Assembly (NCBI RefSeq): GCF_035653355.1
Contig: NZ_DASRBZ010000340.1
Location: forward strand, 1-39,790
Source of the DNA: Mycobacterium sp.
GTDB lineage: Bacteria > Actinomycetota > Actinomycetes > Mycobacteriales > Mycobacteriaceae
DNA: 39,790 nt
Reading direction: 5' to 3'
The notes under the pieces are model-generated. The model was not told where the DNA came from. It searched no databases and saw only the letters and a program-made list of their open reading frames with translations. Made by a program: the position numbers and the translations under genes. Below, one piece after another: positions 1-10,114 of this stretch (its first letter is position 1; the number at the start of each line of letters is the position of its first letter).

Positions 1-1102
1 CGGTCTTGTCGCGGTGCAGTGTGTTGACGTCAAGCCGGTAGGCCAGCTCGATCACCTTCGCGCGCGTGGTGCGGGTGGTGTGCTTGATGAGGTATTCGCG
101 GCCGGGCTCCAGCGCCGAGTTGTCGGCCATCCAGCACACGGTCGCGTCGAACTCTCGCGCGGCCCGAGGTTGGTTGGTGGGCCGGGCGATCATGTCACCA
201 CGGGAGATGTCCAGGTCGTCGTCGAGCCTCACTGAGATCGCCATCGGCGGAAACGCTTCGGCGATTGGGCCATTGGGTCCGTCGATTGCGGTGATCCGGG
301 TGGTCTTGCCGCTGGGCAGTACCACCACTTCGTCGCCCGGTCGCATCACTCCACTGGCCATACTGCCCGCGTAACTTCGGTGGTCTTGGTGTTCGCGAGT
401 CTGCGGCCGGATGACGTACTGCACCGGGAACCGGACGTCGACCAGGTTGCGGTCGCCGGCGATGTACACCTCTTCCAGATAGGGCAGCAGCGCCGGTCCG
501 TCGTACCACGGTGTGTGCTCGGATTTGGTGACCACGTTGTCGCCGTGCAGCGCCGACATCGGAATGGTGACCACGTCGTGCACGTCGAGCCGGGCGGCGA
601 AGGCATGGAACTCGTCGCGGATCGTCTCGAATTTCTCTTGGCTCCAGTCGATCAGGTCCATCTTGTTAACGGCCAGAACGATGTGGCGGATGCCCAGCAG
701 CGACGCCAGGAACGTATGGCGGCGGGATTGCTCGCGCAAGCCGTGGCGGGCGTCGACCAGCACCACAGCCAACTGGGCGGTGGAGGCTCCGGTAACCATG
801 TTGCGGGTGTACTGGATGTGTCCCGGGGTGTCGGCGATGATGAATTTCCGCTTCGGCGTGGAGAAGTAGCGGTAGGCCACGTCGATCGTGATGCCTTGTT
901 CGCGTTCCGCCCGCAGGCCGTCGGTGACCAATGCCAGGTCGGTGTAGTCGTGGCCGCGCTCCTTGGATGTGCGCTGCACCGAGGCCCACTGGTCCTCCAT
1001 CATGGCCTTGGCGTCATAGAGCAGCCGCCCGATCAGCGTGGACTTGCCGTCATCGACGGAACCCGCGGTGGCGATCCGAAGCAGCGTAGTGGGCGCAGGC
1101 AT
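1..1102 (-). CDS. cysN: Sulfate adenylyltransferase subunit 1 (CysN/CysNC), 5' part; runs off the window
   Basis: Read manually: ATG at 1102 overlaps the cysD stop (TGATG). Translates MPAPTTLLRIATAGSVDDGKSTLIGRLLYD, with GTPase G1 motif plus DTPGH and NKMD motifs. Confidence 0.95.
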   Translation of the reverse strand, partial: MPAPTTLLRIATAGSVDDGKSTLIGRLLYDAKAMMEDQWASVQRTSKERGHDYTDLALVTDGLRAEREQGITIDVAYRYFSTPKRKFIIADTPGHIQYTRNMVTGASTAQLAVVLVDARHGLREQSRRHTFLASLLGIRHIVLAVNKMDLIDWSQEKFETIRDEFHAFAARLDVHDVVTIPMSALHGDNVVTKSEHTPWYDGPALLPYLEEVYIAGDRNLVDVRFPVQYVIRPQTREHQDHRSYAGSMASGVMRPGDEVVVLPSGKTTRITAIDGPNGPIAEAFPPMAISVRLDDDLDISRGDMIARPTNQPRAAREFDATVCWMADNSALEPGREYLIKHTTRTTRAKVIELAYRLDVNTLHRDKT

Positions 1103-2031
1103 CAGAAGTACCCCTGCCGTTTGCGGTCTTCCATGCCGGCTTCCGAGATCCGATCGTCAGCGCGAGTAGCTCCCCGTTCCGTCAACCGCGCCACCGCCGT
1201 CTCGGCGATGACCTCTGCCACCGTGGCCGCCGTCGATTCCACGCAACCGGTACAGGTGACGTCGCCGACGGTGCGGAATCGCACCGACGCCTCCAACACC
1301 TTCTCTCCTGTGCGCGGCTGCATGTACCGGTGCACCGCCAGCAGCATGCCGTCGCGTTCGAACACCCGTCGACGGTGCGCGAAATAGATCGAGGGCAACG
1401 TGATCTTCTCGGCGCCGATGTACGACCAGACGTCGAACTCGGTCCAGTTCGACAGCGGAAAGACCCGGATGTGCTCACCCTTGTGGTGCCGCCCGTTGTA
1501 CAGATTCCACACCTCGGGCCGTTGCGCCTTGGGATCCCACTGCCCGAACTCGTCACGGAAACTGAACACCCGCTCCTTGGCGCGAGCCCTCTCCTCGTCG
1601 CGGCGGGCGCCGCCGAACGCGGCGTCGAACTCGTTCTCGCGGATCGCGCGCAGCAGCGTCACCGTCTGGAGCGGGTTGCGTGACGGGATGGTTTCCACGA
1701 CCCGGCCGGCGTCGATGTCGTCTTGCACCTTGGCCACGATCAGCCGTACCCCGGTCTCTTTGACCAGGTGGTCGCGGGTGGCGATGACCTCGTCGAAGTT
1801 GTGGCCGGTATCGACATGCATCACCGGGAACGGCAGCCGGCCCGGGTGAAACGCCTTGAGCGCCAGATGGAGCATCACGATCGAATCCTTGCCGCCGGAG
1901 AACAGCAATACCGGCCGCTCGAACTCTGCGGCCACCTCCCGGATGATGTGGATGGCTTCGGCTTCCAGCGAGCGCAGGTGGCTTAACTCGTACTGCCCCG
2001 CAGCCGGCACGGTGGTTACTTGACTGGTCAT
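1102..2031 (-). CDS. cysD: Sulfate adenylyltransferase subunit 2
   Basis: LLFSGGKDS PP-loop, GGARRDEE and RFRTVGD motifs, C-terminal MEDRKRQGYF; coupled to cysN. Confidence 0.97.
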   Translation of the reverse strand: MTSQVTTVPAAGQYELSHLRSLEAEAIHIIREVAAEFERPVLLFSGGKDSIVMLHLALKAFHPGRLPFPVMHVDTGHNFDEVIATRDHLVKETGVRLIVAKVQDDIDAGRVVETIPSRNPLQTVTLLRAIRENEFDAAFGGARRDEERARAKERVFSFRDEFGQWDPKAQRPEVWNLYNGRHHKGEHIRVFPLSNWTEFDVWSYIGAEKITLPSIYFAHRRRVFERDGMLLAVHRYMQPRTGEKVLEASVRFRTVGDVTCTGCVESTAATVAEVIAETAVARLTERGATRADDRISEAGMEDRKRQGYF

Positions 2032-2173
2032 CGACCCTTACCTGGTAATCTTGGTAGGACTGGCCATATTAGTGAGTATTACCGTGTATGAAACCAGCCC
2101 CGGGCGGAGCTGTCAACGGCCGCGCCCGGCACCGGTTCGCAGCCTCGTCGGTGCACTGCGAAAACATGGACTC

Positions 2174-2599
2174 ATGTCGACACCTGATAAACCGCCTAGT
2201 GGCCGCGACGTGATCGCGCAGTTTCTGCCCCAGTCCCCCTTCGTTGCGAAGCTTGGCATCGTCGCCGACGTACTTGCCGACGATCAAGTGCGGCTGCGGC
2301 TGCCGTGGGATCCGTCCAACGTCACCATCGGCGACATGGTGCATGGCGGGGCAATCGCGACGCTGGCCGATCTCACGGTTATGGCCGCGGCGTGGTGTGA
2401 CGCCGATGCACCGCCCGAGCTGCGGGGTGTGACGGTGTCGATGGCGCTGGACTTTATGGCGCCGGCCCGTGCGACCGACGTGATCGGGGTGGGCCGGGTC
2501 TTGCGGCGTGGCCGGTCATTGGTCAACTGCGAGGCCGAGGTCGTTGACCCGCAGGACCGGCTGATCGCCAAGGCACTGGCGACCTACAAGATCGGTTGA
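2174..2599 (+). CDS. PaaI-family thioesterase (hot-dog fold)
   Basis: NVTIGDMVHGGAIATLAD motif; start moved to ATG 2174 within ORF 2051..2599. Confidence 0.85.
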   Translation: MSTPDKPPSGRDVIAQFLPQSPFVAKLGIVADVLADDQVRLRLPWDPSNVTIGDMVHGGAIATLADLTVMAAAWCDADAPPELRGVTVSMALDFMAPARATDVIGVGRVLRRGRSLVNCEAEVVDPQDRLIAKALATYKIG

Positions 2600-2613
2600 C
2601 GCGCGGGTTGACG

Positions 2614-3105
2614 CTACAGAGTGACTTCGTTGAGCTTGCCGGTGGCGACGTCGAAGATGAAGCCGCGCGCTGACTCGTGCTTGGTGACGAACGGGCTGGC
2701 CTGGATGCGGCGCAACGACTGCCGGACGTCTTCTTCCAGGTCGGGGAAAGCCTCAGCGGCCCACGACGGTTTAAGGCCGGTCTCCTCCTGGATGGCGCGC
2801 TTGAAGTCGTCGTCGGTGAACGTGAGCATGCCGCAGTCGGTGTGGTGAATCAGGATGATTTCCCGGGTTCCCAGCAAGCGCTGGCTGATGGCAAGTGAGC
2901 GGATCGCGTCGTCGGTGACCACTCCGCCGGCATTGCGGATGACGTGTGCCTCACCCTCCTTGAGCCCGAGGATGCGGTACACGTCGAGCCGGGCGTCCAT
3001 GCACGCCACCACCGCGACGTGTTTGCTCGGCGGCAGCGGCAACGGCCCCTCGAACGTATTCGCGTATTCCGCATTGTTGGCCAAGTATTCGTCGGTAACC
3101 GTCAC
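2614..3105 (-). CDS. canA: Beta-class carbonic anhydrase (Rv1284 ortholog)
   Basis: Zinc-ligand motifs CMDARL and HHTDCG, plus IRNAGG; synteny with cysD. Confidence 0.95.
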   Translation of the reverse strand: MTVTDEYLANNAEYANTFEGPLPLPPSKHVAVVACMDARLDVYRILGLKEGEAHVIRNAGGVVTDDAIRSLAISQRLLGTREIILIHHTDCGMLTFTDDDFKRAIQEETGLKPSWAAEAFPDLEEDVRQSLRRIQASPFVTKHESARGFIFDVATGKLNEVTL

Positions 3106-3316
3106 GCCAATCTCCTTAGATATTGCATGATGTCGTTTGCTGCACCGACAATTCGGGTGGCTGATTTTAACAATCGGCGACAGCTATTTCACCGGTCCGG
3201 ATCAATCCGATCAGAATGGCTCGAAGCGCCCACCGCAGCTTGCGGCGCTGATTCGCGAGCGCTCTGGCGTCCGCTCGCTACCCTGTGCCCATGCACCAAT
3301 GGCGAAGCAGGCAGAT

Positions 3317-4297
3317 GTGATCCGCTTCTTGGCACGCCGGTTGCTCAACTACATCGTGCTGTTGGTGCTGGCGACGTTCTTGGCGTTCTGGCTGACATCC
3401 GTGACGTTTCATCCACTGGACAGTTTGATCCAGCGCCATCCGCGGCCGCCGCAGGCGGTTATCGACGCCAAAGCGGCACAGTTGGGCCTGGATATCAAAC
3501 CCATACCGGTCCGCTACGCGAAATGGCTTTCCGGCGCGGTACGCGGTGATTTCGGCGCCACGGTGACCGGTCACCCTGTCTCCGAGGAACTGGGGCGACG
3601 GATCGGGGTCAGCCTGCGGCTGGTGGTGATCGGTTCCGTGCTGGGCACGGTGACTGGCGTCGTCGTGGGGGCGTGGGGAGCGATCCGCCAGTATCGGATG
3701 AGCGACCGCGTGATCACCGTGCTGTCGTTGATCACCTTGAGCATCCCGACATTCGTGATGGCGGGCCTGCTGATCCTGGCGGGGCTGCGGGTCAACGAAT
3801 TCACCGGCGTGCGGATGTTCCTGTATACCGGTGAGACCTCACCAATTCCGCCCGGCGGGATGTGGGACCAATTCCTCGACCGCGTGCAACATATGGTGTT
3901 GCCGACACTCACGCTGGCCTTAAGCGCAATCGCGGGTTTCAGCCGCTACCAGCGCAACGCAATGCTCGACGTGCTGAGCGAAGATTTCATCCGGACCGCG
4001 CGCGCCAAGGGCCTCACCCGCCGACGGGCGCTGTTCAAACACGGCCTGCGCACCGCGCTGATCCCGATGGCCACATTGTTCGCTTATGGGGTCAGTGGTC
4101 TGGTCGTCGGCGCGGTGTTCGTCGAGAAGATCTTCGGCTGGCATGGCGTGGGCGAGTGGTGGGTGCAGGGCATCTCGACGCAGGACACCAACGTCGTCGC
4201 GGCGATCACGATGCTTTCCGGAGCGGCGGTTCTGCTTGCCGGACTGTTGTCCGACATCTTCTATGCCGTGCTGGATCCCCGGGTGCGGGTGTCATGA
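3317..4297 (+). CDS. oppB: Oligopeptide ABC transporter permease
   Basis: Hydrophobic helices and EAA loop DFIRTARAKGL; start GTG 3317 (ATG 3299 is an alternative). Confidence 0.9.
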   Translation: MIRFLARRLLNYIVLLVLATFLAFWLTSVTFHPLDSLIQRHPRPPQAVIDAKAAQLGLDIKPIPVRYAKWLSGAVRGDFGATVTGHPVSEELGRRIGVSLRLVVIGSVLGTVTGVVVGAWGAIRQYRMSDRVITVLSLITLSIPTFVMAGLLILAGLRVNEFTGVRMFLYTGETSPIPPGGMWDQFLDRVQHMVLPTLTLALSAIAGFSRYQRNAMLDVLSEDFIRTARAKGLTRRRALFKHGLRTALIPMATLFAYGVSGLVVGAVFVEKIFGWHGVGEWWVQGISTQDTNVVAAITMLSGAAVLLAGLLSDIFYAVLDPRVRVS

Positions 4298-5229
4298 CGC
4301 AAGAAGTTACCGCGGAAACCACGCCAGTCCGGTCCGGCATCCATCCGGCCACCTTTACGTCGCGGCGAAACCTGGTGGCACGCCGGTTCATCCGTAACAA
4401 GCCTGCAGTGGTGGCGTTGATTCTGCTGGCGTTGCTGTTCGTCGGCTGCTACGCGCTGCCGCAGCTACTCCCCTACGGCTACACCAGTCTCGACTCTGGC
4501 GCGCTGCTGCAGCCGCCATCGTTGCGGCACTGGTTTGGCACCAACGCGCTCGGTCAAGACCTGCTGGCGCGGACCCTGCGCGGCATGCAGAAGTCGATGC
4601 TGATCGGTTTTTGTGTGGCAGTGATTTCCACCAGTATCGCCGCCACCGTCGGATCGGTGGCCGGTTACTTCGGCGGCTGGCGCGACCGGACGCTGATGTG
4701 GCTGGTGGACCTACTGCTGGTGGTACCAAGCTTCCTCCTGATCGCCATCGTCACTCCGCGCATCAAACAGTCCAGAAGCATTCTGTGGCTCATCGTGCTG
4801 CTCGCAGTATTCGGCTGGATGGTCAGCTCGCGGATGGTGCGCGGCATGACGATGAGCCTGCGAGAACGCGAATTCATCCGGGCGGCAAAGTACATGGGCG
4901 TATCCAGCCGCCGCATTATTGTCCATCACGTCGTGCCGAACGTCGCCTCCATCCTCATCATCGACGCGACGCTGAACGTTGCCTACGCGATCCTCGCCGA
5001 AACCGGTTTGAGCTTCTTGGGATTCGGTGTCCAACCGCCCGACGTGTCGCTGGGCTCGCTGGTCGCGGAGGGCACTTCGTCGACCACCACGTTCCCGTGG
5101 GTCTTCCTGTTTCCGGCGGGCGCGCTGGTGCTGATCGTCTTGTGCGCCAACCTGGCTGGGGACGGACTGCGGGACGCGCTGGATCCGCGCAGCGTTTCGG
5201 CACGCCGCAGAAAGCATCGCACGAAATGA
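4294..5229 (+). CDS. oppC: Oligopeptide ABC transporter permease
   Basis: [11 protein letters not shown] and [10 protein letters not shown] motifs; ATGA overlap with the oppB stop. Confidence 0.9.
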   Translation: MTQEVTAETTPVRSGIHPATFTSRRNLVARRFIRNKPAVVALILLALLFVGCYALPQLLPYGYTSLDSGALLQPPSLRHWFGTNALGQDLLARTLRGMQKSMLIGFCVAVISTSIAATVGSVAGYFGGWRDRTLMWLVDLLLVVPSFLLIAIVTPRIKQSRSILWLIVLLAVFGWMVSSRMVRGMTMSLREREFIRAAKYMGVSSRRIIVHHVVPNVASILIIDATLNVAYAILAETGLSFLGFGVQPPDVSLGSLVAEGTSSTTTFPWVFLFPAGALVLIVLCANLAGDGLRDALDPRSVSARRRKHRTK

Positions 5230-7073
5230 CGGCCCTGCTTGAGGTGACGGATTTACGCGTCACCTTCGAAACCGAAGACGTACACGTGGCCGCGGTGCGG
5301 GACACGAGTTACCACATCAATCCCCGCGAAGTGGTCGCCATCGTCGGCGAATCCGGTTGCGGCAAAACCACCGCCGCAATGGCGGTTATCGGGTTGCTGC
5401 CCGAATACGCTGACGTGTCCGGATCAGTGCGGCTGCACGGCGAGGAGTTACTCGGGCTCTCCGACAGCGAGATGTCACGGATCCGCGGCAAAGTGATCGG
5501 CACCGTGTTTCAAGATCCGATGTCGGCACTGACGCCGGTGTACACCGTCGGCGACCAAATAGCCGAAGCCATCGAGGTCCACAACCGCGACATCAGCCGA
5601 GCCGATGCCCGCAAGCGCGCCGTCGAACTGCTCGAGTTAGTTGGCATTGCACAGCCGCAGCGCCGGGCGAGAGCCTTCCCGCACGAGCTGTCGGGCGGCG
5701 AGCGCCAGCGAGTGGTGATCGCGATTGCGATCGCTAACGATCCGGACCTGCTGATCTGCGACGAGCCGACCACCGCGCTGGACGTCACCGTGCAGGCGCA
5801 GATTCTCGATGTACTTCGAACCGCGCGCGATGTCACCGGCGCCGGTGTGCTGATCATCACCCACGACCTCGGAGTGGTATCGGAATTCGCCGACCGGGCA
5901 CTGGTCATGTACGCCGGACGCCCGGTTGAAATCGCCACCGTGGAGGAGCTTTACCGCGACCGCCAGATGCCCTACACGGTCGGATTACTGGGTTCCGTGC
6001 CACGGCTCGACGCCCCGCAGGGTACCCGGCTGATCCCGATCCCCGGAGCGCCGCCGACGATGACGTCGCTGTCCCCCGGGGTGTGCACGTTCGCCCCCCG
6101 CTGCCCGCTGGCCATCGACGAATGTCTTGCCGCAGAACCAGATCTCGTCACCATCCGCGACGGACACCGGGCAGCCTGCATCCGCACCGATGCCGTCGCA
6201 GGGCGCAGCGCAGCCGAAATCTTCGGCGTGTCAACTCAGCCGGCGCCGATGGACAGTGCTGGGCACCAACCGCTGGTGCTGCAGGTCACCGACCTCGCCA
6301 AGACCTATCGACTCACCAAGGGAGTGGTCTTTCGCAGGCAGGTGGGTGAAGTACGTGCGGTCGACGGGGTGAGCTTCACCTTGGAACAGGGCCGTACGTT
6401 GGGCATCGTCGGGGAATCCGGTTCGGGTAAATCGACGACGCTGACCCAGGTTCTCGAGCTCACCAAACCAGAGGCGGGGTCCATCGAAATTCTGGGCGCT
6501 GACGTCGCGGCCCTCGATCCGGCCGGCCGTCGCAAGCTGCGGACCGAACTGCAGGTGGTGTTTCAGGACCCGGTCGCGTCGCTGGACCCTCGCCTTCCGG
6601 CGTTCGACGTCATTGCGGAACCGTTGGTCGCCAATGGATTCGACAAGCGCCGGTGTGAGGACCGGGTCGCCGAGCTACTCGCCATCGTCGGGCTCGACCA
6701 CGCCGACGCCAGCCGCTATCCCGCCGAGTTTTCCGGCGGGCAAAAGCAGCGAATCGGTATCGCGCGGGCGCTGGCGCTGCAACCGAAGATTCTTGCGCTC
6801 GACGAGCCGGTGTCGGCTCTCGACGTCTCAATTCAGGCGGGCATCATCAACCTGCTGCTGGATTTGCAGCAGCAGTTCGGGTTGTCCTATCTGTTTGTTT
6901 CCCATGATCTTTCGGTGGTCAGACACCTGGCGCACCGGGTGGCGGTGATGTACCGGGGAAAAATCGTGGAGCAGGGCGACGGTGATCAGGTGTTCACCAA
7001 CCCGCAGCATGAGTACACGCGGCAACTGCTGGCCGCGGTGCCGCGCGCAGATTCCGATGTCACCAGCGGTTAG
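5226..7073 (+). CDS. oppD: Oligopeptide ABC transporter ATP-binding protein with two fused NBDs
   Basis: Two Walker A motifs ([16 protein letters not shown]), LSGGE and FSGGQ signatures; ATGA overlap with oppC. Confidence 0.92.
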   Translation: MTALLEVTDLRVTFETEDVHVAAVRDTSYHINPREVVAIVGESGCGKTTAAMAVIGLLPEYADVSGSVRLHGEELLGLSDSEMSRIRGKVIGTVFQDPMSALTPVYTVGDQIAEAIEVHNRDISRADARKRAVELLELVGIAQPQRRARAFPHELSGGERQRVVIAIAIANDPDLLICDEPTTALDVTVQAQILDVLRTARDVTGAGVLIITHDLGVVSEFADRALVMYAGRPVEIATVEELYRDRQMPYTVGLLGSVPRLDAPQGTRLIPIPGAPPTMTSLSPGVCTFAPRCPLAIDECLAAEPDLVTIRDGHRAACIRTDAVAGRSAAEIFGVSTQPAPMDSAGHQPLVLQVTDLAKTYRLTKGVVFRRQVGEVRAVDGVSFTLEQGRTLGIVGESGSGKSTTLTQVLELTKPEAGSIEILGADVAALDPAGRRKLRTELQVVFQDPVASLDPRLPAFDVIAEPLVANGFDKRRCEDRVAELLAIVGLDHADASRYPAEFSGGQKQRIGIARALALQPKILALDEPVSALDVSIQAGIINLLLDLQQQFGLSYLFVSHDLSVVRHLAHRVAVMYRGKIVEQGDGDQVFTNPQHEYTRQLLAAVPRADSDVTSG

Positions 7074-7083
7074 CATCGCGCGG

Positions 7084-8757
7084 GTGAGACACCCGCCGAT
7101 CGCACGCAGGCTTGCCCCGCTGGCGCTGGTAGTCGGTCTGATCGTCGGTGGCTGCGCGGACGGATACCGGGACATCCAAGAGGGCCATGCCGCGCGGGTC
7201 GGCGCCACCAGCGACATCAACGCACGCGACCCGGCGACCCTGCGCGACGGCGGCAACCTGCGGCTTGCGCTGACGGAATTCCCGTCGAATTTCAACGAAT
7301 TGAACATCGACGGGAACACCGCGGACGTCGGTTCGATCGTCAGCCCGACGCTGCCCGGGGCGTTTATCACACAGTCGGACGGGACGCTGAAACTCAACAC
7401 CGACTACTTCACCAGTGTTGAGCTGGCCAGCGCCACCCCTCAGGTCGTCACCTACACGATCAATCCCAAAGCGGTGTGGAGCGACGGCTCCCCGATCACC
7501 TGGGAAGACCTCAAATCCGAGGTCGAAGCGTGCAGCGGCCGCGACAAGCGGTACTTGATCGCCAGCAGAGCGGGCTTTGAACGGGTGAAGTCGGTGAACA
7601 GAGGCGTGGACGACCGCCAGGCGGTCATCACCTTCGCCGAACCGTACGCCGAGTGGCGCGGGATGTTTGCCGGCGGCATGCAGCCGCGCAGCATGACGGC
7701 CAATCCAGACGTCTTCAACAAAGGCCAACTCAACGCCCCCGGTCCGTCCGCCGGGCCGTTCATCGTCTCCAGAATCGACAAGGCCGCGCAGCGCATTGTG
7801 CTGACCCGCAATCCCCGCTGGTGGGGTACCAAGCCGCGACTGGACTCCATCACGTTTCTGGTGCTGGACGCCGCCGCCGTCATCCCCGCCCTGCAAAACA
7901 ACGCGATCGATGCTGCCGGGGTCGGCACGCTCGACGACATGGTTACCGCGCAGCGCACTCCCGGAATCGTCGTCCGGCGTGCGCCGGCGCCCACGTGGTA
8001 CCACTTCACCTTCAACGGCGCAGCTGGATCCCTCCTGGCCGACCAGAAGCTGCGGCTGGCGATCTGCAGAGGCATCGACCGCCAAGCCATCGTCAACGTT
8101 GTCCAGCACGGATTGACCGACCACCCTGCGCCGCTGGACAACCATATTTACGTCGCAGGTCAGGTGGGCTACCAAAACAACAGCGCACCAGCCGCTTACA
8201 ACCCCGACCAGGCGCGCAGGGACCTCGACGCGCTGGGCTGGAAGCTCAACGGGGCGGTACGGGAGAAGGACGGCAGACAACTGGCCATCCGTGACGTGTT
8301 CTACGACGCGCCATCGAACCGGCAGATCGCACTGGTGGCCCAGCACAACCTGGCGCAGATCGGTGTGAAGCTGGTGCTCGACGTCAAACCGGGCACCGGG
8401 TTCTTCAGCCAATACGTGAGCGTCGGCGACTTCGACATCGTCCAATTCGGTTGGGTGGGTAATGCTTTCCCGCTGTCTGCGCTGCCGCAGATATACACCT
8501 CGGACGGTGACAGCAATTTCGGCAAGATCGGCAACCCGCAGATCGACGCCAAGATCGACCAGACACTGTCCGAGTTGGACCAGGACAAGGCGCGCGCGCT
8601 CGCCAACCAGGTGGATACGATGATCTGGCAGGAAGGATTCAGCCTGCCGCTGTTCCAGTCGCCCGGTGACATTGCGGTGCGCAGCAATCTGGCCAACTAC
8701 GGCGCGCCCGGACTGGCCGACGTGGTCTATACCGCGATCGGATTCACAAGGGACTGA
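7084..8757 (+). CDS. oppA: Oligopeptide-binding lipoprotein (SBP family 5)
   Basis: Lipobox LIVGGC and WSDGSPITWED family-5 motif. Start is GTG 7084 or ATG 7057. Confidence 0.88.
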   Translation: MRHPPIARRLAPLALVVGLIVGGCADGYRDIQEGHAARVGATSDINARDPATLRDGGNLRLALTEFPSNFNELNIDGNTADVGSIVSPTLPGAFITQSDGTLKLNTDYFTSVELASATPQVVTYTINPKAVWSDGSPITWEDLKSEVEACSGRDKRYLIASRAGFERVKSVNRGVDDRQAVITFAEPYAEWRGMFAGGMQPRSMTANPDVFNKGQLNAPGPSAGPFIVSRIDKAAQRIVLTRNPRWWGTKPRLDSITFLVLDAAAVIPALQNNAIDAAGVGTLDDMVTAQRTPGIVVRRAPAPTWYHFTFNGAAGSLLADQKLRLAICRGIDRQAIVNVVQHGLTDHPAPLDNHIYVAGQVGYQNNSAPAAYNPDQARRDLDALGWKLNGAVREKDGRQLAIRDVFYDAPSNRQIALVAQHNLAQIGVKLVLDVKPGTGFFSQYVSVGDFDIVQFGWVGNAFPLSALPQIYTSDGDSNFGKIGNPQIDAKIDQTLSELDQDKARALANQVDTMIWQEGFSLPLFQSPGDIAVRSNLANYGAPGLADVVYTAIGFTRD

Positions 8758-8766
8758 ACGTGATTC

Positions 8767-10050
8767 CTAGCCAGTTCGGCGAGCAGCTAGCCGTTGACGG
8801 GGCGCCCAACGCCCCAGGTCAGTAGGCGACACCGGCAGCCCGCCCTCCACCGCGGCTGCCAGACCGACCGCCGTCTCAAGCAGCCGCAGCGCTAGGCGCA
8901 CCGGCAGCGCATCCAACATCGAGGCTTGGCCCGCTAACCTGTCAAGTTCGTCACGACACACTGCGGAGGCGATGGTCAGCGCGGCCCGCTCGCGAGTTTC
9001 GAGCGCGCTGTGGCCCATCGTCGGCAACGTCAGAAGCAACGAGTTCGGCACCAGCGACGCGATGCGCTCGGCTACCGCCGGCGGTGTGGTCAGGTCGCGA
9101 CCGCCGGAGACCACGGCCGTCGGCCAGGAGAATTTTGGCAGCTCAGCCACCAGGTCGTACGGCTCGGCTTCGAATGTGGCTGTGGCCGGGATTAATTCGC
9201 GCATGGCCACCGCGGGGTCGAGCGGCAGCCCGTCTGGCTCGCCGGCGTAGTCGAGCTCGCGCAACGCAATACGGCTCACCAGGTCGATTTCGTAGCGGTA
9301 GGGCGCCTTGTGCGTGGTCATCGTGAGAACCCAGCCGAGTGCCCTCCATAACAGCGTTCGGCCACGCAACAGCAGATCGAGTTGCCGATTGAGCAGCGAA
9401 GCCCCGCCGTAGCCGTACACCGCCGCAGCGAGGTGGCCGGCTGTCGGCGTCATCACGCCGGCCTCGGCGAGGCGACGCACCTTGGGGGCTAAGGCGGCGG
9501 TCTCCGGGTGATCGCCGTACCACAGCACACCCCGGATAGCTTCGCGCACATCGGCGATGTCGTGCCGGGACAACACCGGCGAATCCAGCACCATGCCCCG
9601 CACCCGACTGGGATGGCGTACACCGACGCCGGCGGCAATGTAGGTGCCATAGGACGCGCCGTAGATGACGGCCGTGTCGACCTGGGCGTCATCGAGCACC
9701 GCGGCCACGTCGTCGACCACCTGGTTCACGGTGAGCGCCTCGGGCGGCAGGTCGGCTCCGGAGTCGTCGTGGCGGGACATCCCGACACCCCGGTGCTCGA
9801 TCATGATGATATCTAGACCGGCCGCGGCGGCCCGACGGCGAAAACCCTTGTACACCAGCACCGACGCCAGTCCAGGTCCGCCGGGGATGATCACCAGCGG
9901 ATGGGGTAACCTGGGTCCTGTGCGCACATAGTAGAGGTCGAACTGCTCTGCACTTCCCGGCCAGACCGGTCGCCGCACGGGTCGCACTCCCGGCAGTGAC
10001 GCCAGCTTGTTGTGCACCCGCCGCCGTTTGGCATTCATCGTCATCGGCAT
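8767..10050 (-). CDS. Alpha/beta hydrolase (proline iminopeptidase/TAP-like)
   Basis: IPGGPG oxyanion motif, GASYG nucleophile elbow, Asp in GRDLTTP, His in MGHS; start placed at MPMTMNAKRR. Confidence 0.8.
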   Translation of the reverse strand: MPMTMNAKRRRVHNKLASLPGVRPVRRPVWPGSAEQFDLYYVRTGPRLPHPLVIIPGGPGLASVLVYKGFRRRAAAAGLDIIMIEHRGVGMSRHDDSGADLPPEALTVNQVVDDVAAVLDDAQVDTAVIYGASYGTYIAAGVGVRHPSRVRGMVLDSPVLSRHDIADVREAIRGVLWYGDHPETAALAPKVRRLAEAGVMTPTAGHLAAAVYGYGGASLLNRQLDLLLRGRTLLWRALGWVLTMTTHKAPYRYEIDLVSRIALRELDYAGEPDGLPLDPAVAMRELIPATATFEAEPYDLVAELPKFSWPTAVVSGGRDLTTPPAVAERIASLVPNSLLLTLPTMGHSALETRERAALTIASAVCRDELDRLAGQASMLDALPVRLALRLLETAVGLAAAVEGGLPVSPTDLGRWAPRQRLAARRTG

Positions 10051-10114
10051 CGACCCGCCATTGGGACATTCTGCCGAAATCCGTCGTGAGGCGCCGCTGG
10101 CGCACGCATGGCTG

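Noticed and set aside
4611-5225. 205-aa extension of oppD in the ORF track
   Set aside because: It overlaps oppC in another frame; the ATGA coupling at 5226 gives the real start.
7060-8445. 461-aa antisense ORF (likewise 380..1387 and 18035..19336)
   Set aside because: These lie opposite well-supported genes (oppA, cysN/cysD, the ABC exporter) and show no domain signatures.
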